In this document: piece by piece, positions 30,401 to 42,423 of the stretch
Position numbering within the stretch: the stretch's first letter is position 1
Layout of the letters: each line of letters begins with the position of its first letter
Assembly: GCF_964355755.1 (NCBI RefSeq)
Contig: NC_092670.1
Coordinates: forward strand, 14,928,795 to 14,992,794
Origin: Antedon mediterranea
Lineage: Eukaryota > Animalia > Echinodermata
Length of the DNA stretch: 64,000 nucleotides
Reading direction: 5' to 3'
Made by a program: the position numbers and the translations under genes
The notes under the pieces: generated by a model
The model's input: only the letters and a program-made list of their open reading frames with translations
What the model was told of the DNA's origin: nothing
Databases searched by the model: none

Positions 30401-33400
30401 TTAGCGCTTCTTCTTGTACAAGGTGATCATCTAAAACCTGAGAAACATTTCCACGTTGCCGTTTTTGGTCCTCGAGCTGCTCAATCAATGAGGCCTGCTG
30501 TTGTTGAAGATCTAAAATCTGCTTACCAAAAACCTCTTGGACATCAGTTGAGACGACATCAGAAATGTTCTTATTCTGATTCAAATTCTGAAGTTCCTTT
30601 GTAAGCTGCTCATTTGCTTCTTCTAATTGTCCCCTGCTTTCTTGAAGAATACTTATCTGTTTATTCTTTTCGGTGAGTATTTCATACTCATTCTGCTCTT
30701 TCTTTGCTAATTTATCTTTAAGATCAAGAACCTCTTGGCGCAAAGTATTGCTTTCTGGTTCAAGTTTTTCATTTACTTCTTTTTCCCTTTCTAGTGCTTC
30801 CTTCAATAATGTATTCTCTTTCTTATATATGTCCTCTGTTTCTTTCAAATCTTTTTTCAGATTTTCAACTTGCTCTATAAGACTATCATTGTTGTTTTTT
30901 AAAAGAAGTAAGCGATCGCCATCTGTATTCTGTTTAGAATCTCTATCCTCCAGTAATTCCAGAAGTTTGTCTCTTTCGGTTTCCAATTCCTTTTGTGCAA
31001 TATTTTGATTATTTACTTCCTCATTCAATGTTAAATTTTCTTCCTCAAGAATGTTCAAACTTCTTGATTTTTCATCAAGTTGTTTTTTCATAGAACCTGT
31101 TTCGATTTCAGCAATTTCCCATTCCTTAACTGCATGTTTCTTTTCTTTATCAACAATGTCTAATTGTTCTCTTATGGCATCAGATTCAGCTTCTTTAATT
31201 CCATAATTTGTCTTTAGCATTTGGTAATCCTGTTTAAGTTGTACAAGTTCAGATGCAACAGACACTTGCTCATCACCTTGTTGTTGAAGTGTATTTCGTA
31301 AGATAGCATTCTGTTTTTCAGCAGCAGATACTTCTGGCGACTTTCTACCATTATCATCAAGACTTGAAGATTGATACATCTCTAATCTAGATTCATATTG
31401 TTTTTTCTCGTATTCAAGTTTGTCCTCTAATTCTTTGCATGTCGAATTTAGTTTATCAATTTTCTCATTCATGCTCTTATTCATTTCTTCATTTTGTATT
31501 TCAGTCATGTGCAATTTTTCTTCTAATTCTGATTCTACATGGTTTCGTTCATTTCTCATTTGTTGAAAGCTTTGCTGCAAACTATCACATTCTTTCCTCT
31601 TTTCTTCAAAAAGGTCTGTTAGTCTTGCTTGTATTTCAGAAACCTTCTGTTCGTTTTTAGATTCTGCATTAGAGAGTTGCTCTTTAAGATTTAAAATATC
31701 CTTTTCATAATCTTTCTTTTCTGTGGAATATTCTTCTAATTGTTCATTGCTTCGCTTTTCAAGTTGTTCAATTTTATCTTTATGGTCATCTAATTTATCA
31801 TTGATTTTGGAAAGATTCAAGGCTTGAGTTTCTCTAACCTCTGTTAATTGTTCAATTGTCTCATTTTTCTCATTTATCTGTTGCAATAATTCAGTGTGTT
31901 CTTTTTGAAGATTAGATATAATTTCTTCAAGAGATTTTGATGATTTTTCTAAAGATGAAATTTTTGTTTCATATTCTTCTCTCTTCATTTCCAGCTCATG
32001 TTCCAACAATTCCTTCTCTTTTAATAACTGTTCTCGATCACCATTAGCACTGTCACCAGACATGGCAAATATCTCTGCACCATGTTCTAGATTGGTAGCA
32101 ATTGCACTTTCCATGAGTTCCTCGCTTATAGGGGTTACTTCATCACCTCTATGATTACTACTCTCTTTATTATTTCCATCGACTGTTTCTTTCAGGTTTT
32201 CGCATTCAGCATTAGCGGATTGCAATTCTTCATTTAATGTCTCAAACTGGGTTTCTAGATCATTATTTGTTTTTGTAAGAGTCTCAATATTATTATTCAA
32301 TAATTGTATTTCATTATTTAAAGAACTGTTTTCTTCTTCTAATTTCTCATTCTGTGCGATTATATTGGAATTCTTTTCATTTACTTGTTGAAGCTCGACT
32401 TTTATATTTTCAATTTGTTCTTCTAATTCTTTTCTGGACTCATTAAACAGTTCCTTTTCTTCTTTCAACATTTTCAATTCATCATTTAATTGTGCAAAAT
32501 TAGTATTCATATCATCTTGATCAGACCTATCTTCTTCGTTGTTTACAGAGTTTTGAGCACTTTTAAACAAGCCTCCAAGAGATATAATACTGTCTTGATT
32601 GTAAGCATCGATTTCTGGCATTAAAACTTCTTCATCACTTTGTCCTTTGATATCTTTATCATCCATTACTGACACCAGCTCAGATTGCAAGTTTTCTATC
32701 TGTCGATGAGCATCTTCGAGTTGTAGCATCAATGCATCTCTTGCTTCCATCAAATCCTCCATTTCTCGCTGCTGCTTTGCCTCCCAATCTGGTGAATTAT
32801 CTGGTTTGTTCCATTCTTTTCCTTGATTTTCAATCCAATCTTTATTCTGATTCTGCTCCGTCGATGCCTTCTCTTCAGAGATATCATTTATTCTTTTGAG
32901 GTGCTTTTTCCTTTCCTCCTCCAGCATAATCTCATGCTTTTCAGTTAATTCGTCTGTGATTTTTTTTGTAACAGCTTCAATCTCTTCTGCATGAGATTCT
33001 GCTAACTGCTGTCGAATGTTCTGGAGTTCTTGAACAAATTCTTTCTCTTTGTCCGATTTTGCAGTACGGAATTGAATCTTGAAATGGTCTTCAACTTCTT
33101 CTACTTTGGTTTTCATTTTGCGATCAAATTCAGCAGCAACTTCAGAACGCTGTTGTTTTAATGCAATGCGATGGATATCTTCTTGATGGGCACTTTCATC
33201 TTCAAACCTTTCTCGATATTCATTTTCTAATCTTTCTTTTTCATCATTAAACTGAGTAACTCTTTCATCTAACTCTGCAGTTTTCTGTTGTATTGCTTTG
33301 TTAGCTTCATCAAGCTCTCTACGAAGTTGCAAAGTTACATCTTCTTCTTTCTCCATTTTCTCTACGAGTTCTTTGTTGTGATTATTGAGACGTGCAACTT

Positions 33401-36400
33401 GATCTTCGAAGTCTTTTTGGATATTCTGAAGAGCCTCTAAGTCCATCTCTTTCTCATCTAATTGGTCTTGGAGTTCTTTTAAATTCTGTTCTAATTCATC
33501 TCTTATTTTGTTATTAGTTTCAGCACCTTCTAACATTGATTTGAAGTCTTCACATTTCTTTTGCAATTCTTGCATTTCATTCTGGTGTCTTTCCTGCAGC
33601 TGTGACTTAATCATAACAATTTGTTGTCCATAAGTCTCATCAAGTTCTGCATGTAGTAAAGCCAATTGTTCACTAATGTCAGATGGATTAGACGCTACAG
33701 CCTGTTGAAGCCGTTTGTTCATATCAGCAAGTTCGTCATCTGATTTCCGTTTAACCAAATCTCTTTCTTCTTTAATTTCTGCCAACTCATCATTTTTCTT
33801 AGCATACTTTGTGGCTAAATCCTGCAATAGTGTCTCTTTCTCAGTGACAGTCTCTTGTAACTTGATAACCTGCATTTGTGCTTCAGTCATCTCGTGAGCT
33901 GAATGACTCTGTTCCCCATTCTGAACTTTAATTGTTTCCCCAGCCTAGAATAAAGTTGAAGAAAATAATGATCTATTAAATTTCAAATTCATTGTCCCCA
34001 CATCTGTGGACCAATGACAACCTAGATGGTATAGTTGTAGGGACCCTCTAGTGACTGAATCAGCCTCTACAGTTTTGAGGTCCACATCATTTTTATAAAA
34101 TGAAATATTTTAAAGAAGTTAATAGCTCTCTTAAATGATTCAATCTCTGGTGTTGCGAGTCTACTGCTCTGGATAGAGGGCCAGGTGTAACAATCTGTTG
34201 TAGAGAGTCTAATGTAAGTGTTTGGATAGAGGGCCAGGAGTGATAATAAAATGAAGATTACATTTTGAAGTTGCTGTTGAAGAGCATGTATATGGTTAGA
34301 GAGCTGACCAGCTTCCGCTTGTAGATTGTCTCGGCTCTGAATACTGGACTGCAAGTTGGTTGACAGCTGTTGGATGATTTCATCTCGTTGGGCTATAGCT
34401 TGTTGAAATTCAAAAATCTAGATACATCAAATAAAAATGAATTCAACAATCCAGGACATAATGATTATATAATATTTACAGCACATAGTCAGGGATGTAG
34501 TGCAGGATGTCAACAAGTTATAGGTGGGTGGGATACAAATAAAACAGTACTACCAGTCACAGGTATCCAGAGATTTCTAGGTGGATGCTATAATAAAATT
34601 AGGCTAGGTGGAAGTCCTTAAAATAAGGTTAAAGCGTGCTTCACACTAGGATTATTTAAACTGTCGATTATAATTTTACAATTCGATTGCAATGCGGCTT
34701 ACTAAACTTTAGGGTGGGTGAAAGATTTGTAGGTAGGTAGGTTTCCGCCCACAGTCCTCCCAGCAAAATTACATTCATGATATTGAGCTAGAAACAACTT
34801 TTTCACCTAATAAAAAGAAGATTAAAATTGAATGAATGGGTAGCCATTCATGTAAATGTTTCATGCGAGTTTTCAGTCAGTTACAATTTGTGTCAATAAA
34901 TAAATGAACATCTTGCACAACAAAGTGGATGAGGTTGTGCTGGTAGGCATATCCAGCCCCACAGCTAATTGTAAAACTACAAGTTAATAAGTTAATGATT
35001 ACTCTACCTTTGAATTATACTGTTCAATGATTGATTTATATTCCAGTTCCTTCTGACTAGTAAACTCAGTTTCATCCTAGTAGGAAATAACATTTTATAT
35101 ATCAAAAACAGTCGAATCTCACAATACCACACTCTCTGAAAACTCTCCCAAAACCAGAATTTTCATGAGGTCCAAAAGGTCCCAAATTCACATTTATCAT
35201 TAAAAGTACAACCTAAATACCAGACATATTACTATAGACCAGCTTAAGGGTGTCCAGAATTGGGAAAGTTGTAACACAAAGTCATCTAATAACTAACATT
35301 AACATCAGTATCATAATCTCGTAGGGGTTCCCACTCCAAACATGATGGCGAGACTCTGATCTCGCCTCTCTCTAATATGAAACAAGGCGAGTCTTTCTCT
35401 TACCGTTCCTTGTGAGTTTTTCTTCACTTCATTGACTTCTAACTGCAGTTGTTGAACCAATGCTTCCTTGCCTATGAGTGTCTCTTCTAGCTGCATAATA
35501 CGTCCCTTAGCTTCCAACAACTCTGCCTTAGCCACCTCATATTCTACTTGTAATTGGTCAGCTTCCTGTATAAAAATATTTTATGAATATACGAAAATTG
35601 TAGGTTCATTGTCCAGAGTACACAAAAATGCTATATAAAAGAACCTAGTACAAGAACGAGTAGGTGGTTAACGCAGGGTAGTAGTTCACATAGCCAATGT
35701 CGTCATTATAGTACTCCCTAGGTTTGATTGTACATTTCTTATGTCAAGTTCACACTATTAATGACTAAAAAGAATATAATTCAATTTAAGTTGCAATTTC
35801 ATTTTTTTGGCTCATGAAAAGAAGGAAAAAGAAAAGAGAAAAAGTTATTACGTAACGTAGTAGTTAATTAATTGATGGACTTTTGTAAAATATAAGGTCC
35901 AGATGCCTATGTATGTCTGAAATAAAATCCCTGAAAAGGGGAATTAAATTGACAGACGAGAGAGTGCTAGAATGGTCAGCACCGACTGACATGATGTGAC
36001 CCTTAGGGAAGAAGCATGTAGTTAAAGGTGTGACATCTAAGTCTACGGCCGCGCCATGAACACTGATCGTTGGAATGGTACAATAAAAATGGAAATTATT
36101 ATTATAATTGGAATGGTACACACTGACAATGGATTGGTTTGTTGTAAGAGGTAATTTAACAAAGAGAAGAGCATATTAGATAAGTTTAAAACACTCAAAT
36201 ACAAAGCTACAGTAATATAACTTACATCAAGAGACAGATCATCTGTACTTATTGATCGTTGATCACTCTGGAAAAAAAGATTAATTACACTTTTACATTC
36301 CACATGGGGGTGAAACCACATCATCCAATCAAGGATAATTTAATTATAGAGTTACTAAAAAACATGTAAATTAATTTCTTTCTAGAAATATCACCAAATT

Positions 36401-37574
36401 GGGAGGGTGGGGTGAATTTTGATTTTCTAGCTTAGCACTTGAAATGAACACTCTCAATACATAGCCTACTACAGGACTATTTGTGTAGTTTGTACAATAA
36501 GTTAGAGTATGCCTGAATTTTATGCCCCACGCTACTGTAGCCAGTTGAGCTACACATTTCCATTAGTGACAAGGCAGGAGAAAGGACTCCTCTTTACCTC
36601 TATGCTCATGATATCAGACACTCCAGATAGGTCAGTGCTTGCGATGGAATCAGCATCACAAAATGTGTCACCATTAGATGTGATACTATCTGTAGTTGCA
36701 GCTTCACCGTCATTGTTTTTAGTAGATTTCTTATTTTTCTTTCCTGGACTTTTTTTCTTTTGAAATTTCATCAACTGAAAAACAACATCTTAAAATGAAT
36801 TTTCAAGTTTTTGAATAATCTGAAACTGTTTTTCTTACTCTAGAATTTTCACTAGGTCTACATAAATTTAGGGCAATGGAGCTGCTTACGAGTCGTAAAC
36901 ATTATTCGCAGACTGTGCTTACATGACGATCAATCGAGATCATCAGTATGTTGCTTAAAAAAAGAGGCAGAGAGTTAAAACTCTCTTCTCTTAGAAGATT
37001 TGTGCAAGGATTTCCTAAAAAAATTTGAACCAAAATACTCAATTAGACCTGGTCCTAGACTTTAGGCTAGTCTAGGCATAGTATTATATGTAAATTGGGG
37101 CTGTTAGTATTAGTATAATGTGCTCTATCAAGCCAGGCTGATTTATTATTCAATATTATTTAATAATTAGGCCTAGGCCTAGGTCTAGGCCTAGCTAGGC
37201 CCTAAGCAATATTATTATTATATATAGGCCAAGCTAGGCCTAGAATAGTAGTAGCTCCTATTTTTTTAGGGAAATTAATAATATAGAATATTATGATTTA
37301 TTATGGGGGCGTGGCATGAAACATAGCATACTGTGCACCCTGTGTAATACAGCAGCATATGCCTATATGTACAGTAGACTATTTAAGCCCCGGTTGGTTA
37401 ATTGTTTGTGCATCCGGAAACATCGCATCAGCGGAAGAAACCGCCTGACTGAACTGAAACTGAACGATCCACTTTACTACCTCTACGCCACGCCTAGCCT
37501 AGAGTAATTTCTTATTAATTTATAACCTTCGCGCGACCAGCCTGTAACTTCTTTTTCCTCTCTTCCTCGTCCAT
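492..37574 (-). CDS. AKAP9: AKAP9/pericentrin-like giant centrosomal coiled-coil protein; 3' end (expected PACT domain) lies beyond window position 1
   Basis: Exons 5'->3': 37527-37574, 36598-36774, 36226-36267, 35404-35565, 35008-35076, 34262-34417, 29832-33944, 24075-24347, 23474-23696, 14380-14459, 13448-13646, 12371-13209, 10297-12001, 9999-10123, 9115-9254, 8302-8522, 7595-7774, 6790-7020, 6270-6452, 4907-5139, 4356-4475, 3820-4251, 3302-3421, 492-848. All are GT-AG and phase-compatible (10428 nt, 3476 aa). The N-terminus MDEEERKKKLQAGRAKLMKFQKKK and the motifs QRDEIIQQLSTNLQ, RDSIQQANDHLLQVL, RLQSAVEKLLE, GLLHGYTDE and EQATERELEREDFQKEI resemble recalled vertebrate AKAP9/PCNT segments. 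May be co-orthologous to both. Confidence 0.85.
1668..1768. repeat. ~38-bp minisatellite, ~3 copies
   Basis: ATTAAAA(T/C)ATAACATACACTA(A/T)TAAGGGAT(A/T)TGGC repeated. Confidence 0.7.
2555..3003 (-). mobile_element. SINE with 5S + tRNA-derived head, Deu/Nin-like central domain and (TACCTT)n tail
   Basis: The 5S part is followed by A-box-like TGGTGTAATGGTAA, then TCCTTAGGCAAGATGCTTTAC, GGATGGGATGTAAAGCCGTTGGTCCC...GCATGTTAAAGAAC...CACTATTCGAAAAGAGTAGGGG, ending in tacctttacctttac. Confidence 0.7.
2893..3003 (-). pseudogene. 5S rRNA-derived sequence (decayed; head of a SINE)
   Basis: Reverse complement TACGGCCATAC-GTTGAAACACTGGTTCTCGTCAGATCACCGAAGTTAAGCAACGTTGGGCCCGGTTGCGTTCTGGATGGGAGACCGTCTAGAAATCGCGGCGGGTGCTGTA follows the animal 5S consensus with indels and lacks a poly-T terminator. 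Confidence 0.85.
2993..3047. repeat. 20-bp tandem repeat (GTATGGCCGTATCTAACACA) x~2.7 at the 5' end of the 5S-derived head
   Basis: Directly visible. Confidence 0.9.
5400..6063. mobile_element. Non-autonomous Tc1/mariner-superfamily (pogo/Tc2-like) MITE
   Basis: Perfect 25-bp TIRs CCGTACTGACGCGGGTATAAGCCCA (5400-5424 / 6039-6063), TA on both flanks, internal GGGTATAAGCCCAC subterminal repeats. Confidence 0.9.
7213..7483 (-). mobile_element. tRNA-derived SINE
   Basis: Head GAGTGGCCGAGCGGTTAAG...GGTTCGAGGCTC (A/B boxes), core GGATAAGGACTATAAAACGTAGGTCC...GCACTTTAAAGAACC, tail TTTGACTGAAGAGGTTACCCAGTATAAAT; second copy at ~62497-62805. Confidence 0.8.
9751..9861. mobile_element. PIF/Harbinger-type MITE (family with TIR GGGATCATGTCAAAATTATTCTACTGCAG)
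   Basis: GGG...CCC termini with TTA on both sides; family members at 48344-48556, 57916-58057, ~1769-1972 and a half copy at ~49133. Confidence 0.7.
10297..12001 (-). CDS. AKAP9: 1705-nt internal exon of the AKAP9-like gene
   Basis: ORF 10241..11989; acceptor tttcag|ATT and donor G|gtaatt; phases match neighbours. Confidence 0.9.
15356..15945 (-). mobile_element. 5'-truncated CR1/L2-group LINE 3' fragment
   Basis: The frame upstream of and including ORF 15485..15820 reads LYKSLVRSNLEFCSVIFNS...RLQSVQNKF...RRKLFDLIFLFK, the typical post-RT C-terminal region. It is followed by a short 3'UTR and an (AAATAA)n tail. Confidence 0.8.
16732..17267. mobile_element. Foldback-type non-autonomous element of ~185-bp modules (one forward, two inverted)
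   Basis: GCAAACCCC...CATAAAAGTGATTGAATCATGTAGTGTACAACCCACTGGG at 16732-16915 recurs reverse-complemented twice (~16915-17075, ~17075-17267); TAGGGCG lies on both flanks. Confidence 0.75.
18286..18904. mobile_element. Kolobok-like MITE
   Basis: TTAA on both flanks, AG...CT termini, imperfect TIRs AGACCCCTTCCCT / AGGGAATGGGGCT. Confidence 0.65.
21093..21728 (+). mobile_element. Helentron/DINE-1-like non-autonomous element
   Basis: Starts AACTAG; subterminal inverted repeats TACCTCCGCC (21105-21114) / GGCGGAGGTA (21714-21723); (ACAA)n microsatellite; 3' hairpin CCTCCATGGCGGAGG. Confidence 0.65.
22409..22560 (+). mobile_element. 5'-truncated second copy of the hammerhead-bearing element, 15-bp TSD
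   Basis: Flanked by ATATAAATATAATAA at 22394-22408 and 22561-22575. Begins TGCACTGATGAAGAGC with the GAAA half deleted and shares TTTGTATCTCCATTGAGATC...CCCACAGCATT...CAGTAATTT with 56736-57043. Confidence 0.75.
29832..33944 (-). CDS. AKAP9: 4113-nt giant internal exon of the AKAP9-like gene
   Basis: Uninterrupted E/K/Q/L-rich frame (ORF 29811..33890); acceptor ttctag|GCT at 33944 and phase-0 donor CAG|gttcat at 29832, matching the flanking exons. Confidence 0.9.
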
Positions 37575-38159
37575 TTTAGTTAAGTATTTGTACAATTATT
37601 CCATTGATTAAACTTTCGTTCTTGAATGAAAATCGACGACGTGGAACTTCCTCTGAACAAATTCGTTGTATGTTGGGGTTGGTGACGCTCGCCAGGTATA
37701 GTATGTAGTTGTTTTTTGATAACAGAGAGCTATCACTTATGCCATCCTCGTATATAATTAATTTCGTACGGAAAATACATTTAATTGATAATATCATTAG
37801 GTAGAGTATCCTTCTTACAATTAATTATCAGTAATATATATAACTTTTTAAATGTTAGGGATATATTTTAAAATAACTATAAATAGATATATAATTACAC
37901 AAACTCAAGATGTTCTTTTCTGCCTGAAACCTAGGCCCTAGGCCTCCTCCTCCTCTGTGCTCTCACTTCGTTCGTTTTGCTACCTGATCCGTGCAGGCCT
38001 AGGCCTAGGCTAGACTGGATATTATGATTGCAAGCCAAAAAGGTAGATTTAGAAGCATATTTTATTGATTACCCATCATCAGTGTCACCCTTAACAGATA
38101 CTTAAGCTATATTTGTAGGTCATAGCTTATTTCAGACAATATTTTAGCCTCCAAAAAGG

Positions 38160-38760
38160 GCAGATTAGGCCTAGCCTATTATAGCCTATAGGCCTAGCTA
38201 GAAAGAGGCTAGGCCTAGGCTAGCTAGCTAGCTAGGGCCTAGGCCTAGTTAGGCTAGCATCTCGCTACTCTAGCTAGTAGTTTAGGCCTAGAGGTAGGCC
38301 TAGTACTACTAGGCCTATAGCCTAGCTAGGCCTACTAGGGCTAGCCTAGTCTTGCTAGGCCTAGCCTAAGGCCTAGAAAGAAGTAGTAGGCTACTACTAC
38401 TAGCTAGGCTAGGCTACTAGGCCCACCTGGTTAGGCCCTACTAGGGAACTAGTAGGCTAGCTAGCTAGGCCTACTTACTAGCTAATAAATAAGTCTAGGC
38501 CTAGGCTGCCTAACTAGCTAGCTCTATGTATGTATTTTAGTTAGGGCCTAGACTAGTTTATTAGGCCTTAGTTTAGGCTGATTAGGCCTGCCTAGTCCTA
38601 GTTAAATAAATAGGCATATAACCAGGCTCAGTCTAAACACTCTAGGCCTATCTATATGAGACCTGTGCTATTAATTATAGGACTAGACCTAGGGCCTTGC
38701 TAGCTAGCCAGCAGAATGGTCTAGAGAGGCATAGGCCTAGCTAGGGATAGGCTGGGGGGT
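38160..38760. repeat. TAGGCCTA/CTAG-rich low-complexity palindromic tract
   Basis: Dense ggcctagctagg permutations; similar tracts at 37040-37250 and 52320-52850. Confidence 0.85.
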
Positions 38761-39164
38761 CATAGACAGCCTATCTATATAAAATATTAGATAGGTAGGA
38801 GTATTAAGATTCATCAGTGTGTAAGTTGATTTCATTGCTAATGCCAAGGTATTATTTAGGCCTGTTTATTTTCAGGTTGAAAGCAATGGATAAAGAGAGA
38901 TTCAATTCTACAACAAAAGAGACAAAAGTCAAACTCAAACTGATAATTGACAATGTTTCCAGTTAATTAATGTTAATTATTTTAATAGATTGTAGTGACC
39001 CTAACTACCTTACTGTTTGTGTATGGCTGTAATATTATATTAAATTTCATCACAATTAGTAAGGTTGTGAGGCTTCACAATTTCAAACAACTCTTGTTCT
39101 TGTGTCTCTTCTTCATGTGGATGGATTAAAAAATACTGTGAGTATTGTACACTCTTTATGAATA

Positions 39165-40790
39165 TTTCATCAATCACAATATCAAATATGATCAGTGTAG
39201 TCAAAATTTGATAACTTAGCATGAATCTTTTAATATCTACATCGTCAATAATTAATATTAATATAAATCTACATCACAATGTTGGATATGATCTTTGTAG
39301 TCAAAATTTGATAACTGAGCACGCATCTTTTAATAACTACCTTATCAATAACTATTAATAATGTCCTATATCACAATGTAGGATATGATCAGTGTTAGTC
39401 ATAATTTGATAACTGAGCACGCATCTTTTAATATCTACCTCATCAATAATTAATATTAATAATTTATATCACATTGTTCGATATGATCAGTGTAGTCATA
39501 ATTTGATAACTGAGCACGCATCTTTTAATATCTACCTCATCAATAATTATTATTAATATTCTATATCACATTGTTCGATATGATCAGTGTAGTCATAATT
39601 TGATAACTGAGCATGCATCTTTATTAATATTAATAATCTATATCGCATTGTTCAATATGATCAGTGTAGTCATAATATGATAACTGAGCATGCATCTTTT
39701 AATATCTACCTTATCAATGACTATTAATAATATCCTATATCACAATGTTGGATATGATTAGTGTAGTCATAATTTGATAACTGAGCACGCATCTTTCAAT
39801 ATCTATTTCATCAATAATTATTATTAATAATTTATATCACATTGCTGGATATGATCAGTGTAGTCATAATTTGATAACTGAGCATACATCTTTAAAAATC
39901 TACCTCATTAATAATTAATATTAATAATCTATATCACACTGTTGGATATGATCTGTTTAGTTTTTTAATATCTACCTTATCAATAACAATTAATAATATC
40001 CTATATCACAATGTTGGATATGATCAGTGTAGTCATACAATAGTTTGATAACTGTGAGCATACATATTTTAATATCTACCTCATCAATAATTATTATTAA
40101 TAATCTATATCACAATGTTGGATATGATTAGTGTAGTCATAATTTGATAACTGAGCATGCATCTTTCAATATCTATTTCATCAATAATTATTATCAATAA
40201 TTTATATCACATTGTTGGATATGATCAGTGTAGTCATAATTTGATAACTGAGCAAAAATCTTTTAATATCTACCTCATCAATAATTAATATTAATAATCT
40301 ATATCACATTGTTCGATATGATCAGTGTAGTCATAATTTGATAACTGAGCACGCATCTTTTAATATCTACCTCATCAATAATTAATATTAATAATCTATA
40401 TCGCATTGTTCAATATGATCAGTGTAGTCATAAATTGATAACTGAGCAAAAATCTTTTAATATCTGCATCATCAATTAATATTAATAATCTATATCGCAT
40501 TGTTGGATATGATCAGTGTAGTCATAAATTGATAACTGAGCAAAAATCTTTTAATATCTGCATCATCAATTAATATTAATAATCTATATCAAACTGTTGG
40601 ATATGATCTGTTTAGGTTTTTAATATCTACCTTTTCCAAAATAATATTCTATATCACAATGTTGGATATGATCAGTGTAATCATAGTTTGAACTACCTCA
40701 ACAATAATTAATATTAATTGTCTATATACCAATATCAAATATCAGTGTAGGCCTAGTCATTTGATAACTGAGCATGCATCATTTTATATC
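39165..40790 (-). repeat. 97-bp satellite array, left arm (~16 copies, more diverged)
   Basis: Unit GATATGATCAGTGTAGTCATAATTTGATAACTGAGCACGCATCTTTTAATATCTACCTCATCAATAATT... is the reverse complement of the array at 43050-46520. Confidence 0.95.
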
Positions 40791-40819
40791 TGCTTCAAAT
40801 ATTAATATTGTCCTAATAT

Positions 40820-42320
40820 AATAAGTGGTTTGAAGGATTTTTGCAGATGGCCTTTTTTGCATTGTAAAGTTTACACTTTAAAATCTGTCAATTTATCCAA
40901 AAAGGTCAAACTTTGACCTATTTCAATAAAATCATTTCATAAGTTGTCTTCTTTTAATCAATATTAAGTGGTTTTTTACCCCAAAAAAGTCAAACCTAGA
41001 GCTATTTTAATAAAATGATTTCATAAATTGTCTTCTTTTATAGTTCTAGTAGTGATATAATCAATATTAAGTGGTTTGGATGATGTTTGTGGGGTGTTTT
41101 TTTAAAGTTTGCACAGTTTACATGGTAAAATGTGTCAATTTATTCCTAGAGCTATTTCAATAAAATTATTTCATAATCACCCCAAAAATGTCAAACCTAG
41201 AACTATTTTAATAAAATGATTTCATAAATTGTCTTCTTTTATAGTTCTAGTAGTGGTATAATCAGTATTCAATTGTTTGAATGATGTTTGTGGGGTATTT
41301 TTTAAAGTTTGCATTAAGTTTACGCAGTTTACATGGTAAAATCTATCAATTATCCAAAATTGACATTTTTCACCCTAAAAAATCAAACCTAGAGCTATTT
41401 CAATAAAATGATTTCATAAATTGTCCTCTTTTATAGTTCTAATAATGATATAATCAATATTAAGTGGTTTGAATGATGTTTGTGGGTGTTTTTTTTAAAG
41501 TTTGCATTAAGTTTACGCAGTTGAAATGGTGAAATCTGTAAATTTATCCAAAATTGACATTTTTCACCCTAAAAAATCAAACTTAGAGCTATTTCTATTA
41601 AATTATTTCATAAATTGTCCTCTTTTATAGTTCTTGTAGTGCTATAATCAGTATTAAGTGGTTTGAATAATGTTTGTGGGGTGTTTTTTTTAAGTTTGCA
41701 TTAAGTTTACGTGGTAAAATCTGTAAATTTATCCAAAATTGACATTTTTTACCCAAAAAATTCAAACCTAGAGCTATTTCAATAAAATTATTTCATAAAT
41801 TGTCCTCTTTTATAGTTTTTGTAGTGGTATAATCAATATTAAGTGGTTTAGATGATGTTTGTGGGTGTTTTTTTTAAAGTTTGCACAGTTCACATGGTAA
41901 AATCTGTCAATTTATCCAAAATTGACGTTTTCACTCCAAAAAAGTCAAACCTAGAGCTATTTCAATAACATTATTTCATAAATTGTCTTCTTTTATAGTT
42001 CTAGTAGTGCTATAATCAGTATTCAATTGTTTGAATGATGTTTGTAGGGTATTTTTTAAAGTTTGCATTAAGTTTACGCAGTTTAAATGGTAAAATCTGT
42101 CAATTTATCCAAAAATTGATATTTTTCACCCTAAAAAATCAAACCTAGAGCTATTTCAATGAAATGATTTCATAAATTGTCCTCTTTTATAGTTCTTGTA
42201 GTGGTATAATCAATATTAAGTTGTTTGGATGATGTTTGTGGGTGTTTTTTTAAAGTTTGCATTACGTTTACGCAGTTTAAATGGTAAAATCTGTAAATTT
42301 ATCCAAATTTGACATTTTAA
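40820..42320. repeat. ~190-bp satellite array (~8 copies)
   Basis: AAACCTAGAGCTATTTCAATAAAATGATTTCATAAATTGTC recurs near 40992, 41193, 41385, 41578, 41764, 41947 and 42140. Confidence 0.95.
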
Positions 42321-42393
42321 AACACGAACTAGGTTGTAAAAAGTGAAGGAAGTCATTATATTTTATTATTGTTTGGTCTACCCATAGTTATAG

Positions 42394-42423
42394 CAGGGAA
42401 GAGTTAAATTTAACTCTTCCCTG
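42394..42423. repeat. Perfect 30-bp palindrome flanked by a 7-bp direct repeat
   Basis: CAGGGAAGAGTTAAATTTAACTCTTCCCTG with GTTATAG at 42387-42393 and 42424-42430. Confidence 0.95.

Noticed and set aside
30673-33897. + strand S/F/L-rich ORFs (30673, 31439, 33715; similarly 3939, 4063, 10327, 11037, 12437)
   Set aside because: Antisense shadows of the E/K/Q-rich AKAP9 exons.
35864-36121. 85-aa minus-strand ORF in an AKAP9 intron
   Set aside because: No recognisable homology, composition unlike the host exons, and no convincing splice pair.
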